Positions 35,184 to 45,192 are shown, numbered from the stretch's first letter. The stretch: 47,065 bases of DNA from a virus (IMGVR_UViG_3300025723_001637:1-47065); one strand, 5' to 3'. Numbers and translations: made by a program. Notes: generated by a model not told the origin, from the sequence alone.

Positions 35184-37495
35184 AATTTGCAACTTTCGCA
35201 ATCTTCTTCTGCGCTGAAATCAATCAGTTCTAAAGGAGCATCTTCCTCAACTGACTTTGATCCTTGTTTGTTGATCAGGCTATAATAAAAAGTTTTTAAC
35301 CCCCATGCATGTGCTTGCATTAGATTTTTAGCAATCAAAGTGGTCGGAACTTTGCGTCCTTCAAAATGTGCAGGATTGTAGAATGTATTGGTACTGATAC
35401 TTTGATCCACATATGCTGCCAACACTGCTGCAGTTTTCAAATAACCATCACAATCTTTTTGTTCCCACATCAATTGATATTTGTTTTTGAGTTTGTGATA
35501 TTCTGGAACTACCTGTGTTAAACTGCCAGCCTTGGATTCTTTCACTGAAATAAGACTCATGGGCATTTCAATGCCATTGGTTGAGTTGATTACCACACTG
35601 GAACTTTCTACTGGTGCAATGGCCATCTGTGTGGCATTGCGTACACCATAGCCTCGCATGGCTCCACGTAATCCTTCCCAGTTTAATTCTGGTGTAAAGT
35701 CTGCTAGTTCATTGACACCTTTGGCTCGGCGTTCCCAAGGAAACACTCCTTTACCGTACCAGGTATGATCACTGTGCTCACAACGCCCACGTTCCTGGGC
35801 TAATTCTACGCTGGCCTCTGTAAGATAATAGGCCTGATGTTCCATCCAAGTTTTGACATCTTGAAGTGCATCCTTTTCTCCATATCGAAATCCTCGTTTG
35901 GCATGCCAGTAAGCAAGATTGGTAATTCCAATTCCCAGTGGTCTAATTTCGTCATTGCTTAACTTAGACTGGATAGATAGGAAATCTTGGTAATCGAGAA
36001 TGTTATTGAGACTACGATGCAATATGCGGCAGGCACGGCGCATGTCTTCTGGATTGCGGAACGCACCCCAATTGATCGAGCCGAGTGTGCAAAGGGCTAT
36101 CCTGCCGGTATCATCATCTAATCTCTTAAAACTCTTTGTGGGAAGAAGAATCTCGCAACATAAATTTGACTGATAGATGGTGTGATACTCAGGATCAAAC
36201 GGACCTTGATTCTGAACGTTGTCGATAAACACCAAGTAGATGCGACCGGTATCAGTGCGCTCTTTTAAGATGCCTCCCCGGAACACATCATCTGCACTCA
36301 TGGTCTTGGTTCTCAAGCCCGGAGTGTTTTCGTATTTCACATACAGTTTTTCAAATTCTGTTGTGTTTCGATAAAAGGCTTCATATAAGTCAGGTACTTG
36401 ATTCGGGTCAAAGAACGTGATATTTTCTTTGTTTTTAAACCTTCTCCAAAAGAATGCGCTAAGGACAACTCCGTAATCCATAAATCTAACTCTTGTTTCT
36501 TCTGTGCCTTGATTGTTTTTAAGAACAATAAGGTCATCAAACTGAAGATGCCAAATGGGATAAAATACTGTAGCACTTGCATTGCGAATACCTCCTTGAC
36601 TGCAACTTCTCAAATCACCAAACCACTTTTTCAAGAATGGTATCATGCCAGTGTGCATGATTTCCCCGCCTCGTATTGGACTCCCCAAAGGGCGCAAACG
36701 ACCAATTTCTAAACCTATGCCAGCACGTTTGCTGGCATATTTGGCCATCATCTCACCGGAGGCAAATATTGAATCGAGATCATCGTCTGATCTAATAAGC
36801 ACACAACTGCTAAACTGCTTAGTAGGAGTACCAAGCCCAGCCAGCACAGGTGTTGCAAGTGTGAATAGTCCATCACTTGCAGCTTGATAATACTCTTTAA
36901 TATAACGCATTCTAGCTGTGTTTGGCTCTTCCGTATGGAACACAGTAGCGGCTGCCACCATGTATCTAACTTGAGGTGTTTCATATATTTCCTTTGTTGC
37001 ACGATTTTTTACAAGATATTTTTCAATCATCTGCTCTATAGCTGCATACGAGTACGATTCATCTTTGTCATGATCGATCATGTCGTTCATGCGATTCCAA
37101 TCTTCTTCACTATACCATTCTAATAATTCTGCGGTATACAAACCTGTTGCCACATTCTTCTTTACAATTTCATAAAGGTGCGGTGGGTCATAAGCACCAT
37201 AAACATCTTTACGTAACATCGATAAACGTTGCTTACCTGCTACAAACTGATAGTTGGTATGTCCTACATCAGGATTGGTTTCTACATCGATCAGATCCAC
37301 AATGGCTCTCAGTGTGATTCCGTCAATTTCTTTGGTTGTAATTCCATCGTAAAAATGCAATTGTGCTTTGATTTCAATCATGCTCTGACTTACATCTGCT
37401 GTTCCCTTGCATATTTTGGCTACTTGTGCCTGCCATTTTTCAATCATCAATGGCTCTCGGTGGCCGCTTCTCTTAACTACTGATATTTGCGTCAT
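35180..37495 (-). CDS. nrdA: Ribonucleotide reductase class Ia alpha subunit
   Basis: ATP cone 'VVKRSG', 'FSSCVL', 'CSQGGIR', 'SNLCCEI', 'LCTLG', 'KTFYY', C-terminal CESC; no intein or intron. Confidence 0.97.
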   Translation of the reverse strand: MTQISVVKRSGHREPLMIEKWQAQVAKICKGTADVSQSMIEIKAQLHFYDGITTKEIDGITLRAIVDLIDVETNPDVGHTNYQFVAGKQRLSMLRKDVYGAYDPPHLYEIVKKNVATGLYTAELLEWYSEEDWNRMNDMIDHDKDESYSYAAIEQMIEKYLVKNRATKEIYETPQVRYMVAAATVFHTEEPNTARMRYIKEYYQAASDGLFTLATPVLAGLGTPTKQFSSCVLIRSDDDLDSIFASGEMMAKYASKRAGIGLEIGRLRPLGSPIRGGEIMHTGMIPFLKKWFGDLRSCSQGGIRNASATVFYPIWHLQFDDLIVLKNNQGTEETRVRFMDYGVVLSAFFWRRFKNKENITFFDPNQVPDLYEAFYRNTTEFEKLYVKYENTPGLRTKTMSADDVFRGGILKERTDTGRIYLVFIDNVQNQGPFDPEYHTIYQSNLCCEILLPTKSFKRLDDDTGRIALCTLGSINWGAFRNPEDMRRACRILHRSLNNILDYQDFLSIQSKLSNDEIRPLGIGITNLAYWHAKRGFRYGEKDALQDVKTWMEHQAYYLTEASVELAQERGRCEHSDHTWYGKGVFPWERRAKGVNELADFTPELNWEGLRGAMRGYGVRNATQMAIAPVESSSVVINSTNGIEMPMSLISVKESKAGSLTQVVPEYHKLKNKYQLMWEQKDCDGYLKTAAVLAAYVDQSISTNTFYNPAHFEGRKVPTTLIAKNLMQAHAWGLKTFYYSLINKQGSKSVEEDAPLELIDFSAEEDCESCKL

Positions 37496-37511
37496 CTTAC
37501 TCTCGTTGTTG

Positions 37512-37940
37512 TTATAGATACTGGGCCTGTATCTGTTGTTGAGTTAACTGTTTTTTAACTTTTACCTCTAGGTTGGTATTTACAATAGTATTCTTTTCCC
37601 AATTCAATATATATTTTGTTTGATCTATTAGGACTAAATTGTAATCCTGATTGGATAAAATCAAGCTTGCAGTAGCCATATCTTTGCGATCTAACATAGT
37701 TATAGTATACAGTATTCCAAGTCCTCTTGCAACATCACAGTAGATATTATCGCTCAATAGTTGCCATGGATCCGGCCAGTCTGTAACATCGTCCCAATGC
37801 AAATGATAAGGATGCCAAGGAGTGGTCAGCCACCAATTGTTAATGGCCATCAACGCTTCATCCAAAGGACAAATTTGGCAAAGAGTTCTTAGACCAGCCC
37901 AAGAATCAAGTCTGTCAGAAAATTCAGTAGGCCACATCAA
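37512..37940 (-). CDS. Hypothetical protein
   Basis: Trp-rich ORF ('WPDPWQLL'), ATGA-coupled to the fibre gene. Confidence 0.7.
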   Translation of the reverse strand: MMWPTEFSDRLDSWAGLRTLCQICPLDEALMAINNWWLTTPWHPYHLHWDDVTDWPDPWQLLSDNIYCDVARGLGILYTITMLDRKDMATASLILSNQDYNLVLIDQTKYILNWEKNTIVNTNLEVKVKKQLTQQQIQAQYL

Positions 37941-39565
37941 GCAAGATGGGTGATTGAATAAGTCATTGTTCCATTGATACTGTTGTTAGATGTGTACTGC
38001 ACATTTACAGTATTTGAAGTTTGGCTAACTGACAATGATACACCGGTGCCAGGTGACCCTAGTGTACTCACACCTTGATAGTGTCCTGTGTTTTCTACAA
38101 AATCTTCAGTGTAGGTCAAATCACTTGATCCACTGTTAGTGGATACCATCATGGTTCCGGTGCGATAACCTGTGCCTCGCACAATGGTATAGGTCAAACT
38201 AAATGCCTTGGTTACAGTTGTATCAATGGAAAAAATAGTAACAGTGGTATTGTTTTGTATTTCAATAGTTTGCCCAGTTTCTATTACATAACTGCCTAGA
38301 GCCAGTTGTGATCCATTGGTTATTGCTATACTAGCCGATTGATAATTGGTGCCCGGAGTGGTCAAATCTATTCTTGGATATACTGCCGAGTATTGATCAC
38401 TGCGCTGGAACATATCACTGATACTGATATTGTTACCATTTTCTATTCGAATTATACTGCTTGATGGATTTGTTGCGCCATTGAACTGATTTGCAACATC
38501 ATAAAAAATATTATGTCCTGAAGCATTCAGCGTGGCATACACACCAAAAATAATGCCCTCAGCATAGATAATATCAAACATATTGCTGGTTATTCTAACA
38601 CCAGTGGGACCAGTAATGGTTGGCGCACCTGTGCCTAGTAATATTCCTTGATACAAAGTATTGAACTTGCTGTTGGTAACTGTGATGCCTTGAATTTGTT
38701 GATCACTGTTAATTCCCCATACGGTGCCATTGAACAAACATCCATCAAAAACAATTTGATTTGTAATTAGACTAACACTACTGCCAAAGGTAACACATGA
38801 TGTACCAGCTGATGCATTAATCAAAGTTGCTTTTGACAGCGGACCGTTGAAGCTGACATTTTGAAATCTACAATCTAATGCATCATTGATCAAAAAGACT
38901 GAGGTTGTATTATTGATATTTTGAAAACCCATATCACTGATAGTGATATACCCAGGCGGTATAGCACCATTGGTACCAATATTGGCACCCACCTGTTGCA
39001 GACTATCTGCAGTTTGTGCTACCAGCTGACCAGTGCCGCCGTCCATGCGTATAATACTACCATTGATGCCATCGCCATACAGTGTGGCATAAGGCGGTAT
39101 GTTAATGGTCCCAGTTACCCTGTAAATACCTGCAGGAAAAAATAAATTTCGTCTGATTTGAGGATTAACTTCTCTACAGTATAATTGATACAGTGCACGA
39201 TTTATAGCAGCAGTATCGTCAGTGACACCATCGCCCACTGCACCAAAATCAGTTACAGTAGCAAATTGATCAAGCCAGACCTGTAAACTTTGAGTAACCG
39301 GAGTTCCAGCACTTGTTCCAGTCTGTACAGTGTAACCTGCGGCAGCTCCTTTGTAGGTGTAAACACTATTAATAGCCAAAATGTTACTAAATTCAGTAAG
39401 AATCTCTGTATTGCCTATCACAGGGGCACCCTGTTCTAATGTGCCGTTACCGATGTATAGCTGTCTAGTATCTGTGCTCCAGCCCAATTCAGCACCCGCT
39501 AGTTGGGGTAAATCTATATTCAACCCTAAGCGGTTGGTTATTTGACTGATCTGTACAATGGCCAC
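37937..39565 (-). CDS. Tail fibre/spike protein with pectate-lyase-like beta-helix
   Basis: Mtd-N-like 'LPQLAGAELGWSTDTRQLYIGNG'; 'TVTDFGAVGDGVTDDTAAINRA...LFFPAGIY'; GTG start. Confidence 0.8.
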   Translation of the reverse strand: MAIVQISQITNRLGLNIDLPQLAGAELGWSTDTRQLYIGNGTLEQGAPVIGNTEILTEFSNILAINSVYTYKGAAAGYTVQTGTSAGTPVTQSLQVWLDQFATVTDFGAVGDGVTDDTAAINRALYQLYCREVNPQIRRNLFFPAGIYRVTGTINIPPYATLYGDGINGSIIRMDGGTGQLVAQTADSLQQVGANIGTNGAIPPGYITISDMGFQNINNTTSVFLINDALDCRFQNVSFNGPLSKATLINASAGTSCVTFGSSVSLITNQIVFDGCLFNGTVWGINSDQQIQGITVTNSKFNTLYQGILLGTGAPTITGPTGVRITSNMFDIIYAEGIIFGVYATLNASGHNIFYDVANQFNGATNPSSSIIRIENGNNISISDMFQRSDQYSAVYPRIDLTTPGTNYQSASIAITNGSQLALGSYVIETGQTIEIQNNTTVTIFSIDTTVTKAFSLTYTIVRGTGYRTGTMMVSTNSGSSDLTYTEDFVENTGHYQGVSTLGSPGTGVSLSVSQTSNTVNVQYTSNNSINGTMTYSITHLA

Positions 39566-39592
39566 AATGTTGTCCTTGAAATTATGGTGTAT

Positions 39593-40300
39593 TTAGTTGG
39601 ACAAATAGTATAATTCTAAACGACGCCACCACTGGTCAGACCAGTAGTCAAAATCTTTGGATTCCAACACAAATTCTTGATACACAGGAATACCAGCATG
39701 CGGACCTGTATCCTGCGGCTTTACACACATCAGTACAACACCCTTGCGTATGTTCGTGCCGTAAACTTCATTGTGTGCTAGTGCATAGGCTGTAAGTTGT
39801 AGGTAATAATCTTCAATCCATTCTTGCTTTTTTGGTTTATTCGTTTGCTTGTAATCTAGTATGCTTTCTTCACCTAAGTGTATGCCCACACCATCTGTGG
39901 TCCCTGCGTACAAACCAGGAAAATAAAGAGGTATTTCTACTCCCCATATTTCATTAACATTACACAATCCTTGATCAATCACACACTGTGCCATCTTGTA
40001 ACTATCCCATCCGTAAGGATTTGATCCACGATCAGGCATAGCACCTTCTTTGATATAGCGTTCAAGATAGGTGTGCATTCGGGTGCCACGATTGGCGGCC
40101 TCTGTAGTAATAGCCTGCGCACGATCTACACCAACACGACGGCGCCACTCATTGAGAGCTTGTTTTTTTTCTTCTGGTTTTGTTTTATCTAGTACAGTGG
40201 TTACACTAGGGACTCGTTGACCATTGGGAGTAAGATATAATCGCTTGCCATCTACTGATTCTCTTGATAATGCATGGTATTTAAATTTTTGAGTATACAT
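39593..40300 (-). CDS. PD-(D/E)XK exonuclease (Cas4-like phage family)
   Basis: 'VPSVTTVL', 'RGTRMH', 'YAGTTD', 'ILDYKQ', 'QLTAYA'. Confidence 0.88.
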   Translation of the reverse strand: MYTQKFKYHALSRESVDGKRLYLTPNGQRVPSVTTVLDKTKPEEKKQALNEWRRRVGVDRAQAITTEAANRGTRMHTYLERYIKEGAMPDRGSNPYGWDSYKMAQCVIDQGLCNVNEIWGVEIPLYFPGLYAGTTDGVGIHLGEESILDYKQTNKPKKQEWIEDYYLQLTAYALAHNEVYGTNIRKGVVLMCVKPQDTGPHAGIPVYQEFVLESKDFDYWSDQWWRRLELYYLSN

Positions 40301-40301
40301 A

Positions 40302-41249
40302 TTAATTTTTAAAATAATGAGTGATGTTGTGTTGGGCTATTTTGTACATGCGATTAATTTTATCTTTTTTGTCAGAGCTGTTGTAAAGTTCTGTCAATGA
40401 TGATAGCATATTTTGGATGCGTCGAGTTGGATTAGTTTCGCTATCGTAACTTTCATCCAATACATCATTGAACGTATAAAAGCCTCGATCTCTAAGTTTT
40501 TGTAAACTGTTGGCATCTTCAATTAATACAAAAGGTTTTCCAGTAGCCAAACATCTTGCCGTTTTTTCTGTAAAAAATCCATTGTTTCTAGGATCAGTTT
40601 CTGCTATGACTTCTATTTCAAATTCGCCCCAAATTTCGTGATAGGTATCATATGATCGAACCCATCCATAATCGGCTGGAGCATCTTGATTACCATTGAA
40701 TTTCTTTTGTTTGACCCATTCTAATTCTTCCGAGAACCAGTCAGGAGTAATTGTGTTATACTCTTTGTAAATTTCTTCCATGTTGGGTCGGAATATTAAA
40801 AATGTATCGCCGGTAAAAGTTTTATCAATTTCGTACAATAGTCGTAATCGATGAGGTCTAAAACTTCCAATTACTGTGCCTATAAATTTTGCGTCTGTTT
40901 TTCTAACAAACTGATTTTGTTCTACTGCATGAGCCAGTCGAATTTTACCTGCATTAAAAATACTTTTTTCGCATTCAATGTAAGTGAACCCGTTATTTTT
41001 CCATGGATAATGTGTTTGTACAATGACTGAAGATTTGTCTATGGCCAATTGATCGCAAAGAAAATCAAAAAAATCTAATAGCCCGCTAACACCAATATTT
41101 TGACCATCGGTGGCATTTATAATTATTTTTTGATTTTTATAGTATATTGAAAACCAATCTAGTAGAATTTCTTTATGTGCAGATGAAAATCCATACCTAT
41201 AGATATTAGTTGTCATGTATACATGACCGGAATCAACCGAATCAATCAT
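40302..41249 (-). CDS. Hypothetical protein, putative glycosyltransferase-like
   Basis: 'VIAET...FTEKTARCLATGKPFV...GFYTFNDVLDESYD'; paralog of 14586-15701. Confidence 0.6.
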   Translation of the reverse strand: MIDSVDSGHVYMTTNIYRYGFSSAHKEILLDWFSIYYKNQKIIINATDGQNIGVSGLLDFFDFLCDQLAIDKSSVIVQTHYPWKNNGFTYIECEKSIFNAGKIRLAHAVEQNQFVRKTDAKFIGTVIGSFRPHRLRLLYEIDKTFTGDTFLIFRPNMEEIYKEYNTITPDWFSEELEWVKQKKFNGNQDAPADYGWVRSYDTYHEIWGEFEIEVIAETDPRNNGFFTEKTARCLATGKPFVLIEDANSLQKLRDRGFYTFNDVLDESYDSETNPTRRIQNMLSSLTELYNSSDKKDKINRMYKIAQHNITHYFKN

Positions 41250-41570
41250 TTATACTCTAAAGCTTTCTCCGCAACCGCAACGGTCGCGTTCATTGGGATT
41301 GATAAATTCAAAGCCTTCGTTGAGGCCTTGTCGAACGTAATCTACAGTTAGTCCATTTAAGTAAACACTGCTTTTGGGATCTACAAATAATCGGCATCCC
41401 TGACACTCAATGCATTGATCATCAACGGTAGGACAATCTACGTATTCTAACACATAAGCAAGCCCGCTACAACCTGTGGTTCTTACTCCAAGTCGAATAC
41501 CTTCGCCACGACCACGTTTTTCTATAACCTGTTTTACCTTGTTGGCGGCCCGTTCAGTTAGCGAGATCAT
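41250..41570 (-). CDS. iscA: Fe-S cluster A-type carrier
   Basis: 'TTGCSGLAY', '[14 protein letters not shown]'. Confidence 0.95.
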   Translation of the reverse strand: MISLTERAANKVKQVIEKRGRGEGIRLGVRTTGCSGLAYVLEYVDCPTVDDQCIECQGCRLFVDPKSSVYLNGLTVDYVRQGLNEGFEFINPNERDRCGCGESFRV

Positions 41571-41940
41571 GTTTTATTTTGTAATCTGCAACCGCTGCTT
41601 TGATGGCATCTTCTGCTAGGATTGAGCAGTGGATCTTGACTGGTGGAAGTGCAAGCTCTTGAGCAATCTCGCTATTCTTAATCTGTGCCGCGGCGTCAAG
41701 TGTTTTACCTTTAACCCATTCTGTGACCAACGAACTTGAAGCAATCGCAGACCCGCAACCATATGTCTTGAATCTCGCATCTGTGATGATACCATCTTTG
41801 ACCTTTATTTGTAGTTTCATTACATCACCGCAAGCCGGCGCTCCTACCATACCTGTGCCTACGTCTGTGTCATCCTTAGAGAAGGAACCCACGTTACGTG
41901 GGTTCTCATAGTGGTCAATCAATTGAGCTGAATATGCCAT
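41554..41940 (-). CDS. iscU: Fe-S cluster scaffold
   Basis: '[10 protein letters not shown]', 'APACGD', '[10 protein letters not shown]', 'LPPVKIHCS'. Confidence 0.97.
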   Translation of the reverse strand: MAYSAQLIDHYENPRNVGSFSKDDTDVGTGMVGAPACGDVMKLQIKVKDGIITDARFKTYGCGSAIASSSLVTEWVKGKTLDAAAQIKNSEIAQELALPPVKIHCSILAEDAIKAAVADYKIKHDLAN

Positions 41941-42072
41941 TTATTGTACTACTTCTGTGTGTTTGTGTTTAATACTTTTTTTAAGAAGTTTAAACCAGAT
42001 TTTTTTTGCTTTGACAAGATCATGACGAATTTCGGCACGATTAAGTTTTAAGATTAATTTACGTGTTTTCAT
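41941..42072 (-). CDS. 43-aa basic microprotein
   Basis: Hand-translated MKTRKLILKLNRAEIRHDLVKAKKIWFKLLKKSIKHKHTEVVQ; abuts both neighbours with no gap. Confidence 0.65.
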   Translation of the reverse strand: MKTRKLILKLNRAEIRHDLVKAKKIWFKLLKKSIKHKHTEVVQ

Positions 42073-42381
42073 TTAGTTTGGTACCAATACTATTTTCTTT
42101 GTGTTTGTTGCAGGATCAATCATTTCTTGCCAATGATACCCAACTGGAGGTTGCTGAACAACACTCACAGGTGGTTGAACAATAACCGGTTGTGGTTCAA
42201 CATAAACAGTATTAGGGCGACTTAATTCGTATCCAATTACTCCACCAATCAGTGCAGGAGCAACCCACCCACCGCCGCTGTAATATCCACCGTGCCAGCC
42301 GCCTCGATAACAACAATGTGCTTGTGCACTTGCTGATCCCAATACAGCCAATAATGATAGTGCTAAAAATATTTTTTTCAT
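42073..42381 (-). CDS. Exported Gly/Pro-rich protein
   Basis: Signal peptide ending AQA; GGWH/GGY repeats; PQPV/PPV tract; AAGGAG SD. Confidence 0.75.
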   Translation of the reverse strand: MKKIFLALSLLAVLGSASAQAHCCYRGGWHGGYYSGGGWVAPALIGGVIGYELSRPNTVYVEPQPVIVQPPVSVVQQPPVGYHWQEMIDPATNTKKIVLVPN

Positions 42382-42422
42382 GACATTCTCCTTGGTTATA
42401 ATAATATAACGCCTTAGGCAAG

Positions 42423-42456
42423 TATTTAGTATACTGCCTTTAGACTAAAATGTCAA
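42423..42456 (-). promoter_or_regulatory. Overlapping sigma70 and TAAATA promoter for the iscU-iscA unit
   Basis: TTGACA-17 nt-TATACT, overlapping TAAATA. Confidence 0.7.
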
Positions 42457-42466
42457 GATATTTTGA

Positions 42467-42820
42467 TTATTTCATGCCTCGGCGCATGGCTTTTTTGGCA
42501 TTTTGATCTACTATGTCTTGAGCTTGATCCACTGACATTGCAGCACTAGCAGGATCCTCGTTGCCCCGGAACCGAACCACACCAGAATTTGGATCCAGTG
42601 GTTCCAAAATATTACTCAATGGTTCTTGACTGATCAAATCACCCAAGTTTTGTGATGTAACATTGACACCCATACTTTTGGCTATGTCAATAAATGCATC
42701 TTGACTGATTTCTTTTTTGGCAGATTCATCACCCGCACGTCCACTCAAAAACATACTGATGGCTGCTAATTTTTTTGCGTTAGCAGCCACTGGATTTTCT
42801 TCAACCTCAAAGATTTTCAT
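42467..42820 (-). CDS. Hypothetical protein, putative head protein
   Basis: MKIFEV N-terminus; TAATG-coupled. Confidence 0.65.
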   Translation of the reverse strand: MKIFEVEENPVAANAKKLAAISMFLSGRAGDESAKKEISQDAFIDIAKSMGVNVTSQNLGDLISQEPLSNILEPLDPNSGVVRFRGNEDPASAAMSVDQAQDIVDQNAKKAMRRGMK

Positions 42821-43764
42821 TATCTACGACCACGGCCTAATGCGGCACCTGCAGGTTTAACAGGAGGTTCCATGTCGTCAATATCTGGTAGTTCATCCGC
42901 TGGATTGATCTCAGGTTGTGGAGCTTCTCCAGCCATTCCAGCATCCATGCTGTCTTGACCAGGAACCATTGGCGCTTGCCCAGTGACTACACCCAATGCC
43001 TGTTCGAGTTGTTGTTTTGCACCTTGCAAGTTTTGTAGTAATCCGGCCAACGCAGCAGTTGCATCCGTATTGAATTGCATGGCTTGATCTACGCCAATTT
43101 GGTCTCGGATCTGTTGCATCAAGGCAGGTAAATCTTTGAACTGCATACTACTGACTTCTTCGCTCATCTTTTGAACCTGATCGACCATGTCTTGACTAGC
43201 CAATACAACTTGAGCTTGTTGAATTTCGCTTTCACGTAGGGTACGATACAAATTACGACGCAAACGATTTTCCATTTGTTGTTGTGGCATCATGGCCACA
43301 GAAGCTACCATTTGTTGTTCATCTGGATTGAGATTTTGTCCTGCAGCTGCTTTTTTCATTGCGGCTTGTTGTTTGGGGTCTTTGATTGATGCAATCTTTT
43401 TAGCGGCAGCAGCAGCCTGAGCACTGGCAACTGTGGGATTTACTGGAGGCATGCCAGATGCTGATTGTGCTTGGTTTTGATTTGCTCCTGCAGTGGATCC
43501 CATGGATACTGTGGGCGTTTCACGCAGTTTGCTTTTCAGGCCCTGTTCCATCATTACCAATTTTAAATAAGCTGGATTATTTTCACTATTGTGAAATTCA
43601 GGTTGGCGACGGTGTTCGGTGATCAATGATCTCACACGACCTAGCATGTGTCGAGCTTGAGAGCGTGTTAGTTGGTCAAAACCAACTCGGCCGCCGAAAT
43701 AACTTTCCATTACTTTAGCGACTTGCTTTGTTTGTTGTGGCACGGCCAGTTCTTGCAGTTTCAT
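42820..43764 (-). CDS. Putative prohead core/scaffold-like protein
   Basis: Gln/Ala/Met-rich and helical; MKLQEL, LRET and LRES sites; TAAATA and GAGGA upstream. Confidence 0.55.
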   Translation of the reverse strand: MKLQELAVPQQTKQVAKVMESYFGGRVGFDQLTRSQARHMLGRVRSLITEHRRQPEFHNSENNPAYLKLVMMEQGLKSKLRETPTVSMGSTAGANQNQAQSASGMPPVNPTVASAQAAAAAKKIASIKDPKQQAAMKKAAAGQNLNPDEQQMVASVAMMPQQQMENRLRRNLYRTLRESEIQQAQVVLASQDMVDQVQKMSEEVSSMQFKDLPALMQQIRDQIGVDQAMQFNTDATAALAGLLQNLQGAKQQLEQALGVVTGQAPMVPGQDSMDAGMAGEAPQPEINPADELPDIDDMEPPVKPAGAALGRGRR

Positions 43765-44212
43765 TTAAGAATCCTCGTTGTTGTCTATATTTAGCCCAAT
43801 TAACACATTTATTAAGTTCTATTTCTAGGGCTTTTTTGTATATAATTTTGGTTTCCAATTTGGTACCAATATCTTCTCTAAATTGAGCACGACGACTGTG
43901 ATCTGCAATTGAGGATCTTACAAAAATATCGTTTTTTAATAGCTCGAGCTTGCGGTCAATGGCTTGTAGTTCTCGAGCTAGATTATAATTGCCAAATTTA
44001 TCTGCTATACACCAGCTGGCTGCATTGCGAGTGGTAGAAAATTCACCCATGCGTTGTTCACCACAATATACTGTGTATCCTGGTTTCATGGATCGTATCT
44101 GATATCTACCAAACAATTCATAGTCGCCGTTGTCATTTTGCCATAGAATATTGTTTTCTAGTGCATGAAATTCTTTTAGAATAATACGTTCAAAATCTTG
44201 ATCTTTTATCAT
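43715..44212 (-). CDS. Hypothetical protein
   Basis: ATGA-coupled ORF. Confidence 0.7.
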   Translation of the reverse strand: MIKDQDFERIILKEFHALENNILWQNDNGDYELFGRYQIRSMKPGYTVYCGEQRMGEFSTTRNAASWCIADKFGNYNLARELQAIDRKLELLKNDIFVRSSIADHSRRAQFREDIGTKLETKIIYKKALEIELNKCVNWAKYRQQRGFLNETARTGRATTNKASR

Positions 44213-44472
44213 TTAAAAACATAATGTGTTAGCAGATAACCCACAGTAGCAGTAAAGAATCCAATTACGCCTATGCCCCACCCTATCAGCTGATCTGTAC
44301 GTTTGTCAGCCATTTTTTCAACCATGGCATGCACTTCCACTATCATGATTTTGAGACCAGAAAGCTTGTCTTCTAACACTGTTAGTTTTGTTTCCAAAGC
44401 ATTATAACGCTCAGCGCAAAGTTCTACGTGCGCTTCCAAACTTTTCTTTTCAATGTCGGTGGTTTCCAGCAT
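44209..44472 (-). CDS. Coiled-coil protein with C-terminal TM
   Basis: 'LEAHVELCAERY' coiled coil followed by a hydrophobic tail. Confidence 0.7.
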   Translation of the reverse strand: MLETTDIEKKSLEAHVELCAERYNALETKLTVLEDKLSGLKIMIVEVHAMVEKMADKRTDQLIGWGIGVIGFFTATVGYLLTHYVFK

Positions 44473-44487
44473 AATATTTTTCCCAGA

Positions 44488-44910
44488 TCAATTATTTATG
44501 GCCACAGGGTCAAACCATATGTTTTGCTCTGACCCTGAAGTTATAATGATTGACGGTAACTCTCTTTGATTGTCTAGATCTATAATCATTGGTACGCCTT
44601 CGGAATCTAACCTTAACACCTGTGTGGGATCCAGTCTGTCCCCAAACACACCTTCAGTTTCTGTAGCAAATTCAAATTGCCACGACTGATTTACGCATAC
44701 AGGATATGTAAGATCAAACAACTGAGTACGCATGGACAAGATCTGTGTGATGGTCTCCCAATTTCTCTGTTGATTTCTTGCTCGATTCCAGGCCACAGTG
44801 TCTGTAATCCAGGATCCTGTGCGATCCTGGAAAGGTATTCGTGCTGATTTTGCATGTCCTGTGACACCTGTGGCGGTGATATCAAAAAGTGTTCTACAGA
44901 TAAATCGCAT
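44488..44910 (-). CDS. Hypothetical protein
   Basis: 'TLFDITATGV...RNQQRNWET'; start probably MRFIC. Confidence 0.7.
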   Translation of the reverse strand: MRFICRTLFDITATGVTGHAKSARIPFQDRTGSWITDTVAWNRARNQQRNWETITQILSMRTQLFDLTYPVCVNQSWQFEFATETEGVFGDRLDPTQVLRLDSEGVPMIIDLDNQRELPSIIITSGSEQNIWFDPVAINN

Positions 44911-44921
44911 TAAAATTGCGA

Positions 44922-45170
44922 TCAACTTTTACCGAGCTGATAGATAACTTTTGCTTGTTCCAGCACATCTTGTAAAGCAGGATTTGTTTTGGCAGCTCTG
45001 CGTATTTGTCCCCAGAGCTGATCTTCTTTTAATTGTGCGTGTATGTCTATGGCTCTAGGACTTTGGCTATGCAACTGTCGTTGAGCAGAACCATGCTCTC
45101 TGACATAGACTGTTTCGCCACCATCTGGTGATTCGTATATAACCGCTTCAGTGATTTTGTTGACCATCAT
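44922..45170 (-). CDS. Hypothetical protein
   Basis: 'IYESPDGGETVYVR'; TAAATA 8 nt before the ATG. Confidence 0.7.
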   Translation of the reverse strand: MMVNKITEAVIYESPDGGETVYVREHGSAQRQLHSQSPRAIDIHAQLKEDQLWGQIRRAAKTNPALQDVLEQAKVIYQLGKS

Positions 45171-45192
45171 AATATGTGTATTTAACGTCAAC

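Noticed and set aside
39593-40300. CRISPR-Cas system suggested by a Cas4-like nuclease
   Set aside because: No repeat-spacer array or other cas genes seen; stand-alone PD-(D/E)XK nucleases are common in phages.
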